The notes below the pieces were generated by a model. It was not told the DNA's origin, did not search any database, and was given only the letters and a program-made list of their open reading frames with translations. Below, in pieces: positions 53,359 to 63,335 of a stretch of DNA of 64,000 nt (position 1 is its first letter; each line of letters begins with the position of its first letter). The stretch is taken from assembly GCA_963829525.1 (NCBI GenBank), contig CAWHIJ010000003.1, positions 1,568,001 through 1,632,000 on the forward strand, written 5' to 3'. The position numbers were made by a program, and so were the translations under genes. Source of the stretch: an uncultured Actinomycetota bacterium. GTDB lineage: Bacteria > Actinomycetota > Actinomycetes > JAHEKZ01.

Positions 53359-54025
53359 CTAGACGCTGAGATGGTGCTTCCGCCACCGCCCGACCGATTC
53401 GTCGGTGCCGTCCACGTCTACCTCGGCCTGCTCGCGTCGGCCGTGGAGGTAGAGAACCAACTCGGCGGGAGGCCCGGTCAAGCGTGATCGCCGTGTCCTC
53501 GTCGGTGTTTCCCACCGAGATGGCGCCGAAGTCTGGGGCTACGAGCCGGACAGGGACCGGTGACCTTCGGACGTACATGCGTACGCGGCGCGTGAGGTGC
53601 TGCCAAAGGTTGCGTTGGTCCGTCTCGGCCAGCTCGCGGACCGTCCAGCTGGCGCCGGCCCTGCGGACGTCCTCGTGATGGACGAAGTGTTCGAAGGCGT
53701 TGGCCGCAGCGTCGGCGCCGGGCAGCCGCATCGGCGAGATCAGGGGAGGCCCATGCCGGAACCGCTCGACAAGTGCCGCGTATGGCGCTAACGCGGTTCG
53801 TTGTTGCTGCCGTGCTGTCCAGCCGGCCAGTGGCCGAAGAACGATCCCGGCGGCTGCAGGGTGTCCCTCGCGTACGACGAGGTGCGCCACGAGGTCCCGG
53901 GTGTCCCAGCCGGCGCACAGCGTAGGGGCGTCAGGTCCCATCTCGTCGAGGAGGTCGGCCAGGGCGGCCCGTTCCCGGGTTGCGAGGGAGCGGCTGTCAG
54001 GTTGCGAAGGCGGTGTCTGGGACAT
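53359..54025 (-). CDS. TIGR03085-like mycothiol-dependent metal-binding protein (frameshift)
   Basis: [30 protein letters not shown]. Confidence 0.85.
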
Positions 54026-54091
54026 ACCTGCAGCCTGACTGCTGCGGGGCGCCAACGCCAGTTGAGTGGGTCGACGGCAGAATGGGATGTC

Positions 54092-54430
54092 ATGTCCAGC
54101 ATCTCCGCCCTTGACCCGGCCATCGCCGCGCGCCTGAAGCGCGACCAGCACGGGCTCTTCCCCGCTGTCGCCCAGCAGTACGACACCGGTGAGGTCTTGA
54201 TGGTCGGCTGGATGGACGACGAGGCATTGCAGCGAACCCTGACCTCAGGACGCGCGACCTACTTCAGCCGCAGCAGGCAGGACTACTGGCGAAAGGGCGA
54301 CACCTCGGGGAATGTCCAGTGGGTCAAGGAAGTCCGGCTTGACTGTGACGGCGACACAGTCCTGGTGCGGGTCGACCAGGTCGGCCCGGCCTGCCACACC
54401 GGTGCGCGCACCTGTTTCGACGACGGGTGA
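54092..54430 (+). CDS. hisI: Phosphoribosyl-AMP cyclohydrolase (may extend to 54467)
   Basis: SRSR, KGDTSG, DCDGD, ACHTG..TCF. Confidence 0.95.
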   Translation: MSSISALDPAIAARLKRDQHGLFPAVAQQYDTGEVLMVGWMDDEALQRTLTSGRATYFSRSRQDYWRKGDTSGNVQWVKEVRLDCDGDTVLVRVDQVGPACHTGARTCFDDG

Positions 54431-54463
54431 GCTCTCCGTTGCGCCACCGCCGGCTGGCGCGCC

Positions 54464-55971
54464 GTGAGCACGGGCGCCGTCGCCCCAACGCTTGAGGAGT
54501 TCGGCGTTCTGGCCCGTGACCGACGGGTGATCCCCGTCGTGCGCCGACTGATGGCAGACGCCGAGACTCCCGTGGGTCTGTATCGCAAACTGCGCAGGTG
54601 ATCGTCCAGGGACGTTTCTGCTGGAGTCGGCCGAGCACGGTGGGGTGTGGTCTCGCTACTCGATCGTCGGCGTGAGGTCGCACTCGGTCCTGACCGAGGT
54701 GGATGGACATGCGGTGTGGACGGGGGGCGAGCCGCCGGTCGGCATCCCGCGCGTTGGCGAGCCGCTTGCCGTCCTGCGAGGAGGTGCTTCGTGGGTTGCA
54801 CACGCCACGCCAACCGGGTTTGCCGCCGCTGACGGGGGGTCTGGTCGGCTACATCGGCTACGACGCGGTCCGTCGCTGGGAGCGGCTACCGTCGATCGCA
54901 GCCGACGAGCTGCGCCTGCCCGAGATCGGTCTCATGCTCGCTACCGATCTGGCCGTGCTGGACCACTCTGACGGCACCGTGCTGCTCATCGCCAACGCGA
55001 TCAACTACGACGCCACCGATGACCGGGTGGACGAGGCCTGGCTCGACGCGGTTGCCCGGCTCGACGCGATGACGGCGGACCTGGCCGTTTCGACCTCGGC
55101 GACCGTTGCGGTGGTCGATGAAGTCGTCGATCGGGCGTACGTTTCCCGCACTGAGCGGAGCGACTTCTTGGCGGCTGTCGAGCAGTGCGAAGGAGGCGAT
55201 CTGGGCGGGGGATGCCTTCCAGATCGTGGTCAGCCAGCGTTTTGAAATGGATTGCCCAGCCGACAGCCTCGATGTATATCGCGTTCTGCGGGCCGTTAAT
55301 CCCAGCCCGTACATGTACCTGCTGCGTTTCGATGATTTCGACATTGTGGGATCGAGCCCCGAGGCACTGGTGAAAGTTGCCGAAGGCAGAGCGCTCGAGC
55401 ACCCGATTGCTGGAACCCGGTGGCGCGGTCAGACTCCGGAGGAGGACGCTGCGCTTGCGACCGAGCTGTTGGCAGATGAGAAGGAGCGAGCGGAGCACCT
55501 GATGCTCGTTGACCTGGCACGCAACGACCTAGGGCGGGTCTGTCGACCGGGAAGCGTCGAGGTTGTCGATTTCATGACGGTGGAGCGCTACTCACACGTC
55601 ATGCACATCGTGTCGACCGTGGTCGGTGAAGTGGCTCCGGCCGCACGGCGTTCGACGTCCTCGCGGCCACGTTTCCCGCTGGAACGCTTTCGGGAGCGCC
55701 GAAGGTCCGTGCGATGGAGCTGATCGACGAGCTCGAGCCGAGTCGTCGTGGTCTCTACGGCGGTACGGTGGGCTACTTCGACTTCGCCGGAGACATGGAC
55801 ATGGCCATCGCCATTCGTACTGCGCTGGTCCGAGATGGTCGGGCCTACGTCCAGGCCGGGGGAGGTATCGTCGCCGACTCCGACCCCGCGGCTGAGTTCG
55901 ACGAGTCGGTGAACAAGGCGGCCGCAGTTCTGCGTGCGGTCGCCACCGCATCCACTCTCCGCGCGCCGTGA
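54464..55971 (+). CDS. trpE: Anthranilate synthase component I (frameshifts)
   Basis: [39 protein letters not shown]. Confidence 0.93.
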
Positions 55972-56423
55972 CCCGTCTCGGCTCCCGTGGCTGGGTGCTA
56001 GCTCTTCTTGCGCTGTCGGCGACGGCCGGGTTTGCGTCGTCTGTTGAAGCAGCGACGGGGTTGGCGCTGTTGGCTGCCGCGACGATTCCTGCCCTGTTTG
56101 CGGTACCTCCGCGCGGACGTCCGGTTCTCGGTGTCGTTGTTGCGGGCTGTGGCCTTGTTGGCGCGCTCTATGGAGACCTCGGCGATGGCGCCGCTGCCTG
56201 GATCTCGGCTGCCTCACTCACGGTAGCTGCCGTGATCATCACCGTGCGGGGGGCAACGTGGCCCCGTCTGGGGCGACGGTACGACGACGGGGTCTTGGGC
56301 GAACACGCCGGCGAGCCGGTCGACCTGTGGCGCGCACTGGACAGGGGCGAGGACCCCACCGTCGGCGACTCGCCGGGCGCCTCCGGTGGAGGCCCGGCTC
56401 CGAAAGCTGATCCGGTCGACTAG
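55968..56423 (+). CDS. Trp biosynthesis-associated membrane protein
   Basis: WP.LGRRYD...[13 protein letters not shown] motif after trpE. Confidence 0.85.
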   Translation: MTRLGSRGWVLALLALSATAGFASSVEAATGLALLAAATIPALFAVPPRGRPVLGVVVAGCGLVGALYGDLGDGAAAWISAASLTVAAVIITVRGATWPRLGRRYDDGVLGEHAGEPVDLWRALDRGEDPTVGDSPGASGGGPAPKADPVD

Positions 56424-56433
56424 CCTGCGCCCC

Positions 56434-56913
56434 GTGAGCACCCCAGAGCCTCCTGGCACTCCCGATCCCTGGCAGCCGCCCGCCGATGGCGTAACGCCCC
56501 CTCCGCCGCCGCCACCACCACCGCCGCCACCACCACCACCGCCGCCACCACCACCGCCGCCACCACCACCCTCGGAGGGGTATGCCCCGAGTTACCCACC
56601 CAACTTCCCCCCGGCCGGACAACCGGGGGCATTCCCTGCCGCACCGCGCTCCAGCGGCAAGGCAACGGCCATCCTGGTGCTGGGCATCGTCGGCCTGGTG
56701 ATGAGCTGCGGATGGGGGCTCGGGATTGTGCCGGCTGTCGTCGCGCTCGCACTGGCGCCTGGTGCCAAGCGCGAGATCGCCGCATCTGGGGGCACCTTGA
56801 CCGGTGATGGCTTCGTCAAGGCGGGAGTCATCTGCTCCTGGATCACTGTCGGTCTGGTCGTCGCGTTCATTCTCTACATCGTTGTTGCAATCGCCTTCGC
56901 CCGCTTGTCCTAG
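56434..56913 (+). CDS. DUF4190 membrane protein with 25-Pro tract
   Basis: KA.A.LVLGI, AKREIAASGG.LTG.G...AG. Confidence 0.8.
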   Translation: MSTPEPPGTPDPWQPPADGVTPPPPPPPPPPPPPPPPPPPPPPPPPSEGYAPSYPPNFPPAGQPGAFPAAPRSSGKATAILVLGIVGLVMSCGWGLGIVPAVVALALAPGAKREIAASGGTLTGDGFVKAGVICSWITVGLVVAFILYIVVAIAFARLS

Positions 56914-56920
56914 GCTCTGA

Positions 56921-56965
56921 CACTATGGGGCACTATGGGGCACTTATGGGGCACTTATGGGGCAC
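56921..56965 (+). repeat. 10/11-bp tandem repeat x4 with four GGGG tracts
   Basis: CACTATGGGG x2 then CACTTATGGGG x2. Confidence 0.92.
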
Positions 56966-57019
56966 GATCGCCCGCCTTCGTACCGCCTGCGACTTGCGTG
57001 TCTTGAACGAGGAGAACTG

Positions 57020-57226
57020 ATGTCAGCCGAGCACAACGACCACGGCTCAACTCCGGCGGCTTGGACCGCTGTCACCATCATCATGATCGCCTTCGTCGTC
57101 GGCGGGGTAGGCGTGCTGATTGCCCAGGCCGCGGTCTTTTGGGCCGGAGTCGTTCTGGTAATCATCGGGATTGTGGTTGGCAAGGTCATGCAGATGATGG
57201 GGATGGGCGCTCCCGAGTCGTCCTGA
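57020..57226 (+). CDS. HGxxPAAW family small membrane protein
   Basis: HGSTPAAW motif; AGGAG RBS. Confidence 0.9.
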   Translation: MSAEHNDHGSTPAAWTAVTIIMIAFVVGGVGVLIAQAAVFWAGVVLVIIGIVVGKVMQMMGMGAPESS

Positions 57227-57684
57227 TGGCGCAGACCATGGCTACCCTCACGTCGACCCGACATCGCGCGATTGAACGATGGGCGTGGGCGGCCGGTGGC
57301 GCGGCGACGCTTGGTCTGCTTTGGGCGCGCGACCCGAACTCAGCGGGCAACTACGGGTTCTGCCCACTGCGCGCGATGACCGGTCTCGACTGCCCCTTCT
57401 GCGGCGGGCTTCGCGGCACCTACGCCCTGATGCACGGTGACGTCGCGACCGCACTGGACCACAATCTCCTGCTGCCACTCTTTCTGGGGGTGGCCATGGC
57501 TCTTGCCATTCGTGCTTGGGCACAGGCGGGCGGCTCATCGGGAGGAGGCGAGCGCAGCAACGCCCCCACTCGGTCGGTGGCCGGCGCCCCCGTCGCCCTG
57601 TGGTGGGCACTCGTGGCGGTCACCGCTGTCTTCTTTGTGGTCCGGAACTTGCCCTGGTTCCCGTACCTGGACTCAGCGGCCTGA
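57226..57684 (+). CDS. DUF2752 membrane protein
   Basis: CPLRAMTGLDCPFCGGLR, F.VVRNLP. Confidence 0.9.
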   Translation: MAQTMATLTSTRHRAIERWAWAAGGAATLGLLWARDPNSAGNYGFCPLRAMTGLDCPFCGGLRGTYALMHGDVATALDHNLLLPLFLGVAMALAIRAWAQAGGSSGGGERSNAPTRSVAGAPVALWWALVAVTAVFFVVRNLPWFPYLDSAA

Positions 57685-58079
57685 TGTCTGACTACCCGCC
57701 CCCACCGCCGCCGGGGGAGTATCCACAGCCCGCGTCTGGGAATCCGTCGGGGCCACCGATACAACCGGACTATCCCGCTCCGCCAGAACATCCTCCGGCC
57801 TACCCGACGGCTGCTGCCCAGTCGCCGAGCTCGGGTAAGGCAGTGGCGGCGCTCGTGCTGGGAATTCTCGGCATCGTGTCGTGCCAGCCACTCGGCATCG
57901 CAGCGATCATCGTTGGCAACCAAGCCGCCGAGGAGATCGCCGCCTCCGGTGGTCGGCTCGGCGGCGATGGGATGGCCAAGGTCGGGGTGATCTTGGGATG
58001 GATCGCTGTTGCGCTGCTCGCCCTGGTGATCGTCGGCTTTGCCTTCTTCTTCATCGCCCTCGCCGTGGCGTCCGGCTGA
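57684..58079 (+). CDS. DUF4190 membrane protein
   Basis: [19 protein letters not shown]...G.GMA..G.ILGW. Confidence 0.85.
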   Translation: MSDYPPPPPPGEYPQPASGNPSGPPIQPDYPAPPEHPPAYPTAAAQSPSSGKAVAALVLGILGIVSCQPLGIAAIIVGNQAAEEIAASGGRLGGDGMAKVGVILGWIAVALLALVIVGFAFFFIALAVASG

Positions 58080-58123
58080 CAGGCTGTGCCAAGCGGGAAC
58101 CGACCCGCAGATACCCTGGAGCA

Positions 58124-58936
58124 GTGAGCGTCCTGGCCGAGATCGTCGCAGGGGTCCGAGAGGACCTCGCCATCCGTGAGGCTGCTCGCCCCCTCGAGGA
58201 CGTAAAAGCTGGCGCCAGGAACCGGCCGCAGCCGCTGGACGCATTTGGTCTCCTTCGAGACCACCCGGGGGTAGCCGTCATCGCCGAGGTGAAGCGCTCC
58301 TCCCCGTCCAAAGGCGAGCTGGCACCGATTGCCGACCCAGCAGCCCTCGCCACCCGGTACGCCAGAGGTGGAGCGATGGTCATTTCGGTACTCACAGAAG
58401 GGCGGCGCTTCGGCGGAAGCATTCAGGACCTGCGTGCGGTTCGCGCCGCAGTTGAAGTACCCGTTCTCTGCAAGGACTTCATTGTCACCAGCTACCAGCT
58501 GTGGGAGGCACGCGAAGCCGGTGCAGACTTGGCACTGCTCATCGTCGCCGCCCTCGAGCAGGAGGCGTTGGTCTCGCTGATCGAGCGCGCCGAGTCGCTT
58601 GGCCTGACGCCCCTCGTTGAGGTCCATGACACCGATGAGGTTGAGCGCGCGGTTGCAGCCGGCGCGCGAGTCATCGGCGTGAACGCTCGCAACCTCAAGA
58701 CCCTCGAGGTTGATCCGACGACGTTCTCTCGGGTGTCGCCTGCGGTTCCAGCTGGTGTTCTCCAGATCGCCGAGTCCGGAGTGCGCGGGCCGGCCGACGT
58801 GGTGTCGTACGCACATCAAGGGGCACACGCCGTTCTCGTGGGTGAGGCTCTGGTCACCGGTGCCGACCCCGAGGCTGTAGTCGCTGAACTGGTCGCTGCC
58901 GGATCCCATCCCACCTCTACCCGGGGAGCCTCATGA
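58124..58936 (+). CDS. trpC: Indole-3-glycerol phosphate synthase
   Basis: [31 protein letters not shown]. Confidence 0.97.
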   Translation: MSVLAEIVAGVREDLAIREAARPLEDVKAGARNRPQPLDAFGLLRDHPGVAVIAEVKRSSPSKGELAPIADPAALATRYARGGAMVISVLTEGRRFGGSIQDLRAVRAAVEVPVLCKDFIVTSYQLWEAREAGADLALLIVAALEQEALVSLIERAESLGLTPLVEVHDTDEVERAVAAGARVIGVNARNLKTLEVDPTTFSRVSPAVPAGVLQIAESGVRGPADVVSYAHQGAHAVLVGEALVTGADPEAVVAELVAAGSHPTSTRGAS

Positions 58937-60177
58937 GCATCGACACCCCGCCGCACACGGCCGGCACAACCGGCTTCGACCCAGACGAGACCGGGCACTG
59001 GGGGCGGTTCGGTGGACGCTTCGTCCCGGAAGCGCTGGTGGCGGCTCTTGATGAGTTGACCGCCGCCTTCTGTCAGGCGCGAACCGACCCAGACTTCATC
59101 ACTACGCTTGCGCACCTTCAGCGCACCTACAACGGCCGCCCGAGCCCGCTCACCGAGGCGAACCGGCTGACTGAGCACGCCGGTGGAGCGAAGATCCTGC
59201 TCAAGCGTGAGGATCTCAACCACACGGGTTCGCACAAGATCAACAATGTGTTGGGGCAGGCTCTGCTCACCAAGCGGATGGGCAAGTCCAGGGTCATTGC
59301 CGAGACCGGCGCGGGCCAACACGGTGTTGCGACCGCGACAGCCTGCGCCCTCCTCGGGCTGGAGTGCGTTGTCTACATGGGTGCCGAAGACACGCGTCGA
59401 CAAGCGCTCAACGTCGCGCGTATGGAACTTCTCGGTGCCGAGGTGGTCTCCGTCCAGTCGGGAAGCCAGACACTCAAGGACGCGATCAACGACGCGATGC
59501 GTGACTGGGTGACCAACGTCGACCGCACGCACTACATCCTCGGAACCGTTACCGGCCCACACCCCTTCCCCATGATGGTGCGCGACTTCCAACGGGTGAT
59601 AGGTGACGAGGCCAGGCAGCAGGTGATCGACCTCACCGGCAGCCTTCCTGATGCAGTCATCGCTTGCGTCGGTGGCGGTTCCAACGCCATGGGGATCTTC
59701 ACAGCGTTCCTTGAGGACGCCGATGTTCGGCTCTACGGGTTTGAAGCCGGGGGCGATGGTGTCGGAACCGGCCGTCATGCCGCGCGCATGGCCGGTGGTT
59801 CGCCAGGCGTTCTTCACGGAACCCGCACGTATGTGATGCAAGACGAGATGGGGCAGACGGTCCCATCGCACTCGATCTCAGCCGGTCTGGACTACCCCGG
59901 TGTCGGGCCACAGCATGCCTGGCTGCATGAGACGGGGCGGGTGACCTATGCGCCGATCTCTGATGTCGAGGCTATGGCGGCCTTCGAACTGGTGTGTCGC
60001 ACGGAGGGAATCATTCCGGCCATCGAGTCGGCGCACGCGGTGGCTGGCGCCCTCCAGGTCGGTCGCGAGCTCGGTCCAGACTCGGTGCTGTTGGTGAACA
60101 TGTCCGGACGCGGCGACAAGGACGTTGCCACTGCCGCCGCCTGGTTTGGGATCGATGCCGGCGAGGGTGGCGCGTGA
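58933..60177 (+). CDS. trpB: Tryptophan synthase beta
   Basis: [39 protein letters not shown]. Confidence 0.98.
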   Translation: MSIDTPPHTAGTTGFDPDETGHWGRFGGRFVPEALVAALDELTAAFCQARTDPDFITTLAHLQRTYNGRPSPLTEANRLTEHAGGAKILLKREDLNHTGSHKINNVLGQALLTKRMGKSRVIAETGAGQHGVATATACALLGLECVVYMGAEDTRRQALNVARMELLGAEVVSVQSGSQTLKDAINDAMRDWVTNVDRTHYILGTVTGPHPFPMMVRDFQRVIGDEARQQVIDLTGSLPDAVIACVGGGSNAMGIFTAFLEDADVRLYGFEAGGDGVGTGRHAARMAGGSPGVLHGTRTYVMQDEMGQTVPSHSISAGLDYPGVGPQHAWLHETGRVTYAPISDVEAMAAFELVCRTEGIIPAIESAHAVAGALQVGRELGPDSVLLVNMSGRGDKDVATAAAWFGIDAGEGGA

Positions 60178-60983
60178 GCTCTCTGGCTGATCTCTTCGGG
60201 CGCACCCGGGCCGAGAACCGAGCAGCGTTGATTGGGTACTTGCCGGCGGGATTTCCCTCGGTGGCTGGCGCGATCGATGCCATGCACGCCATGGTTGACG
60301 GCGGAGTGGACGCCATAGAGGTTGGCCTGCCGTACTCCGATCCGCTCCTGGACGGTCCGACGATTCAAGAGGCCGTTGACCGCGCCCTGACCGCCGGTGT
60401 CACCACCACCGAAGTGATGGATACCGTTCGTGCCGTTGCCGCCAAGGGCGTTCCGACGATGGTGATGAGCTACTGGAACCCTATCGAGAGGTTCGGAGTT
60501 CAACGCTTTGCCCACGAGCTTGCGTCAGCGGGTGGAGTCGGTGTGATCACCGCAGACATCACCCCAGAAGAGGCAGGGGAGTGGATCTCCGCCAGTGAGC
60601 TGGAGGGCTTGGCTCGGATATTCTTGGTAGCGCCGTCCTCGACGACAGCGCGGATCGCCCTCACCGCTGATGCAGCTTCGGGGTTTGTATACGCCGCTGC
60701 CGTGATGGGCGTTACCGGTGCCCGTGACCAGGTCGGATCCGCGGCCCGCGAGCTCGTCGAGCGGACGCGGGCGGCAACGAGCCTCCCGATCTGCGTGGGT
60801 CTTGGAGTCTCCAGCGGTCGTCAGGCGGCTGAGATAGCAGAGTTCGCCGACGGGGTTATTGTTGGATCGGCGTTTGTCCGAGCGTTGTTGGACGCTCCAA
60901 CACCGGCAGACGGTATTGATCGAGTCCGAGCCCTGGCGGTGGACCTGCGCTCCGGCGTCGCCCGCGGCAACTCGGCGACATGA
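60174..60983 (+). CDS. trpA: Tryptophan synthase alpha
   Basis: [29 protein letters not shown]. Confidence 0.97.
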   Translation: MSSLADLFGRTRAENRAALIGYLPAGFPSVAGAIDAMHAMVDGGVDAIEVGLPYSDPLLDGPTIQEAVDRALTAGVTTTEVMDTVRAVAAKGVPTMVMSYWNPIERFGVQRFAHELASAGGVGVITADITPEEAGEWISASELEGLARIFLVAPSSTTARIALTADAASGFVYAAAVMGVTGARDQVGSAARELVERTRAATSLPICVGLGVSSGRQAAEIAEFADGVIVGSAFVRALLDAPTPADGIDRVRALAVDLRSGVARGNSAT

Positions 60984-61609
60984 AGGGCTTCCGCGGCTCT
61001 ACCGCACAGATGTGGATCTCCACGGTACTTCGACTGGGTCTTGCCGTTGTTCTGCTGTGGAGTGGCGGAGCGAAGGTCTCCGAGCCAACTCAGGCGGTGA
61101 TGGCCGTTCAGGCATATCAGATCCTGCCGGCCGGCGTTGGAGAGTTCGTGGGCTACGCCCTTCCGCTCTTCGAGCTAGCGATGGGCGTGGCGTTGTTGGT
61201 GGGAGTGGCAACCCGGATCACCGCGGTGGTTGCCGGCGCATTGATGACCGCATTCGTGGTTGGGGTCGCCTCGGTCTGGGCGCGCGGCCTCTCGATCGAC
61301 TGCGGATGTTTCGGTGGTGGTGGAGCCGTTCCGGAGGGAGAGGCGAATTACCTGCCCGTGTTGCTGCGCGACTTCAGCTTCGTGGCGATGGCTGCCTGGC
61401 TGGTGATTTTTCCTGCGACCCGCTGGGCCATCGATCGCAGCGGCAAGGCGGGCACGGGGGACCTTGGGCTCTACGACGAGTGGGACGACCAAGCAGAATC
61501 GCAGCAGGGGCGCCACCGGCGTGCCGACGACGATGACCGGGGCGGCTACGCCTCAGTCGAGTACTCAGACGATCAGGTAAACGATCAGGCAGAGGAGCCG
61601 AAGCTGTGA
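60980..61609 (+). CDS. MauE/DoxX family membrane protein
   Basis: AY.ILP, LP..E, RGLSIDCGCFG. Confidence 0.85.
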   Translation: MKGFRGSTAQMWISTVLRLGLAVVLLWSGGAKVSEPTQAVMAVQAYQILPAGVGEFVGYALPLFELAMGVALLVGVATRITAVVAGALMTAFVVGVASVWARGLSIDCGCFGGGGAVPEGEANYLPVLLRDFSFVAMAAWLVIFPATRWAIDRSGKAGTGDLGLYDEWDDQAESQQGRHRRADDDDRGGYASVEYSDDQVNDQAEEPKL

Positions 61610-62421
61610 CGAACGGCGCACGCAACGGGGACACCCACGACGGAGCAGGCAAGGGAGCAGGTCGCCAGGGCGGGAAGGGCCAGGGGGGAAAGCGGGGCGC
61701 ACGAGACCGTCTGGCGTCCGAGCGGGCGCGACAGGCCAAGGCCGATGATCGCAAGCGCAAGCTCTCCAACATTGCGATCGCCACCGTCGTGGCTGTAGTA
61801 GCGGTAATGATCATCGGGTACGCCTGGTGGGCGTCGAATGACAACGGCCCCACCGACGCGGCCCTGCCGGCTCTGGTCGCAGAGCCTGGAGGGGGCGTCG
61901 TCGTCGGCGACGGCCCCGTTGACCTCACCCTCTGGGAGGACTTCCAGTGTCCGGGCTGCAAGCAATTTGAGGAGACGAACTCCGACCTTGTCCGGGAGCG
62001 GGTCGACGCGGGGGACGTCACGGTGACGATCCATCCGCTTTCGTTCCTGGATGCAAAGCTCGGCAACAGCTCCTCGGTGGCTGCAGCCAGCGCCTTCGGG
62101 TGTGCTGCTGACGTGGGCGAGGCTGAGGCGCTGGACTTCCACCAGACTGTCTACGCAAACCAGCCGGCGGAGTCTCCCGGGCAAGAGGCCTGGACAACGG
62201 ACGATCTCATCGGCTGGGGCAACGATGTCGGTATCGAGGGGAGCGAATGGGAGTCGTGCGTCACCGACCAGACTTACGCTGGCTGGGTTGAGCAAGTGGC
62301 CAAGAGTCAAGGAGCTGCGAACATCTCTTCAACTCCGACCGTCTTCATCGACGGAAAGACCTTCGACGTCACCGGCGATCTGGCTGCAGCCATCGACGAT
62401 GCTCTGAAGAACACTCAGTAG
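61606..62421 (+). CDS. Membrane-anchored DsbA-like thioredoxin protein
   Basis: TM then EDFQCPGC, STPT. Confidence 0.9.
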   Translation: MTNGARNGDTHDGAGKGAGRQGGKGQGGKRGARDRLASERARQAKADDRKRKLSNIAIATVVAVVAVMIIGYAWWASNDNGPTDAALPALVAEPGGGVVVGDGPVDLTLWEDFQCPGCKQFEETNSDLVRERVDAGDVTVTIHPLSFLDAKLGNSSSVAAASAFGCAADVGEAEALDFHQTVYANQPAESPGQEAWTTDDLIGWGNDVGIEGSEWESCVTDQTYAGWVEQVAKSQGAANISSTPTVFIDGKTFDVTGDLAAAIDDALKNTQ

Positions 62422-62426
62422 GGCGC

Positions 62427-63335
62427 GTGGCCAACCCGGTGTATTCGATCCCCAGCCCCGCTGACGGCGTCTGGCACATCGGGTTCTTCCCGCTGCGGGG
62501 CTATGCGGTGGCCATCATCATCGGCATCGCGTTGGCGATTTGGATCGGTGACCGTCGGTGGCGTGCCCGAGGCGGCGCCCCTGGCGTCGTCGCAGATGTG
62601 GCGGTGTGGGCGGTTCCTTTCGGCATCATCGGTGGGCGCATCTATCACGTGATCACCTCGCCGGCGGCGTACTTCGGCGATGGCGGCAACCCGGTCGATG
62701 CCCTGAGGATCTGGGAGGGCGGACTCGGTATCTGGGGTGCGGTCTTCTTCGGAGGAGTCGGCGCGTGGATCGGAGTGCGCCGGCGCGGGATCCCCCTGCC
62801 ACCTTTCGGCGACGCGATAGCTCCTGGAATTGCCGTTGCCCAAGCGATGGGCCGCTGGGGAAATTGGTTTAACCAGGAACTCTTTGGGGGCCCCACCACT
62901 CTTCCCTGGGGGGTGGAGATCGATATCGAACATCGCCCCCTTGACTACCTCGACGTCACAACCTTCCATCCCACGTTCCTCTACGAATCGCTCTGGATGC
63001 TGGCGGTCGCCGGCATCTTGGTGCTGGTCGACCGGCGGTGGCGTTTCGGGCACGGGCGACTGTTCGCCCTCTACGTCGCCCTCTATGCATTCGGTCGTCT
63101 TCCCATCGAGCTTCTGCGGATCGACGCTGCCAATGAGATCCTGGGGCTGCGTGTCAACGTCTGGGTCTCGATCGCGACGTTCATCGGCGCCGTGACCTAC
63201 CTCGTAATCTCCTGGCGGCGTGTTCCGGGCCGCGAGTCTTCTGAGGAGCTGCGGGGGACGGTCCATCAGGTCTCTTCGGGATCGGCGGATCCAGATGACC
63301 CTGAACCAGCAGTGCAACCGAAGGGATCCTCGTGA
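62427..63335 (+). CDS. lgt: Prolipoprotein diacylglyceryl transferase
   Basis: GGRIYHV, WEGGLGIWG, GRWGNWFNQE, HPTFLYE. Confidence 0.97.
   Translation: MANPVYSIPSPADGVWHIGFFPLRGYAVAIIIGIALAIWIGDRRWRARGGAPGVVADVAVWAVPFGIIGGRIYHVITSPAAYFGDGGNPVDALRIWEGGLGIWGAVFFGGVGAWIGVRRRGIPLPPFGDAIAPGIAVAQAMGRWGNWFNQELFGGPTTLPWGVEIDIEHRPLDYLDVTTFHPTFLYESLWMLAVAGILVLVDRRWRFGHGRLFALYVALYAFGRLPIELLRIDAANEILGLRVNVWVSIATFIGAVTYLVISWRRVPGRESSEELRGTVHQVSSGSADPDDPEPAVQPKGSS

Noticed and set aside
47137-55971. Pseudogenised his/trpE pathway
   Set aside because: Same indel pattern hits essential mraY, murD and ftsW, and catalytic motifs are intact; most likely sequencing error
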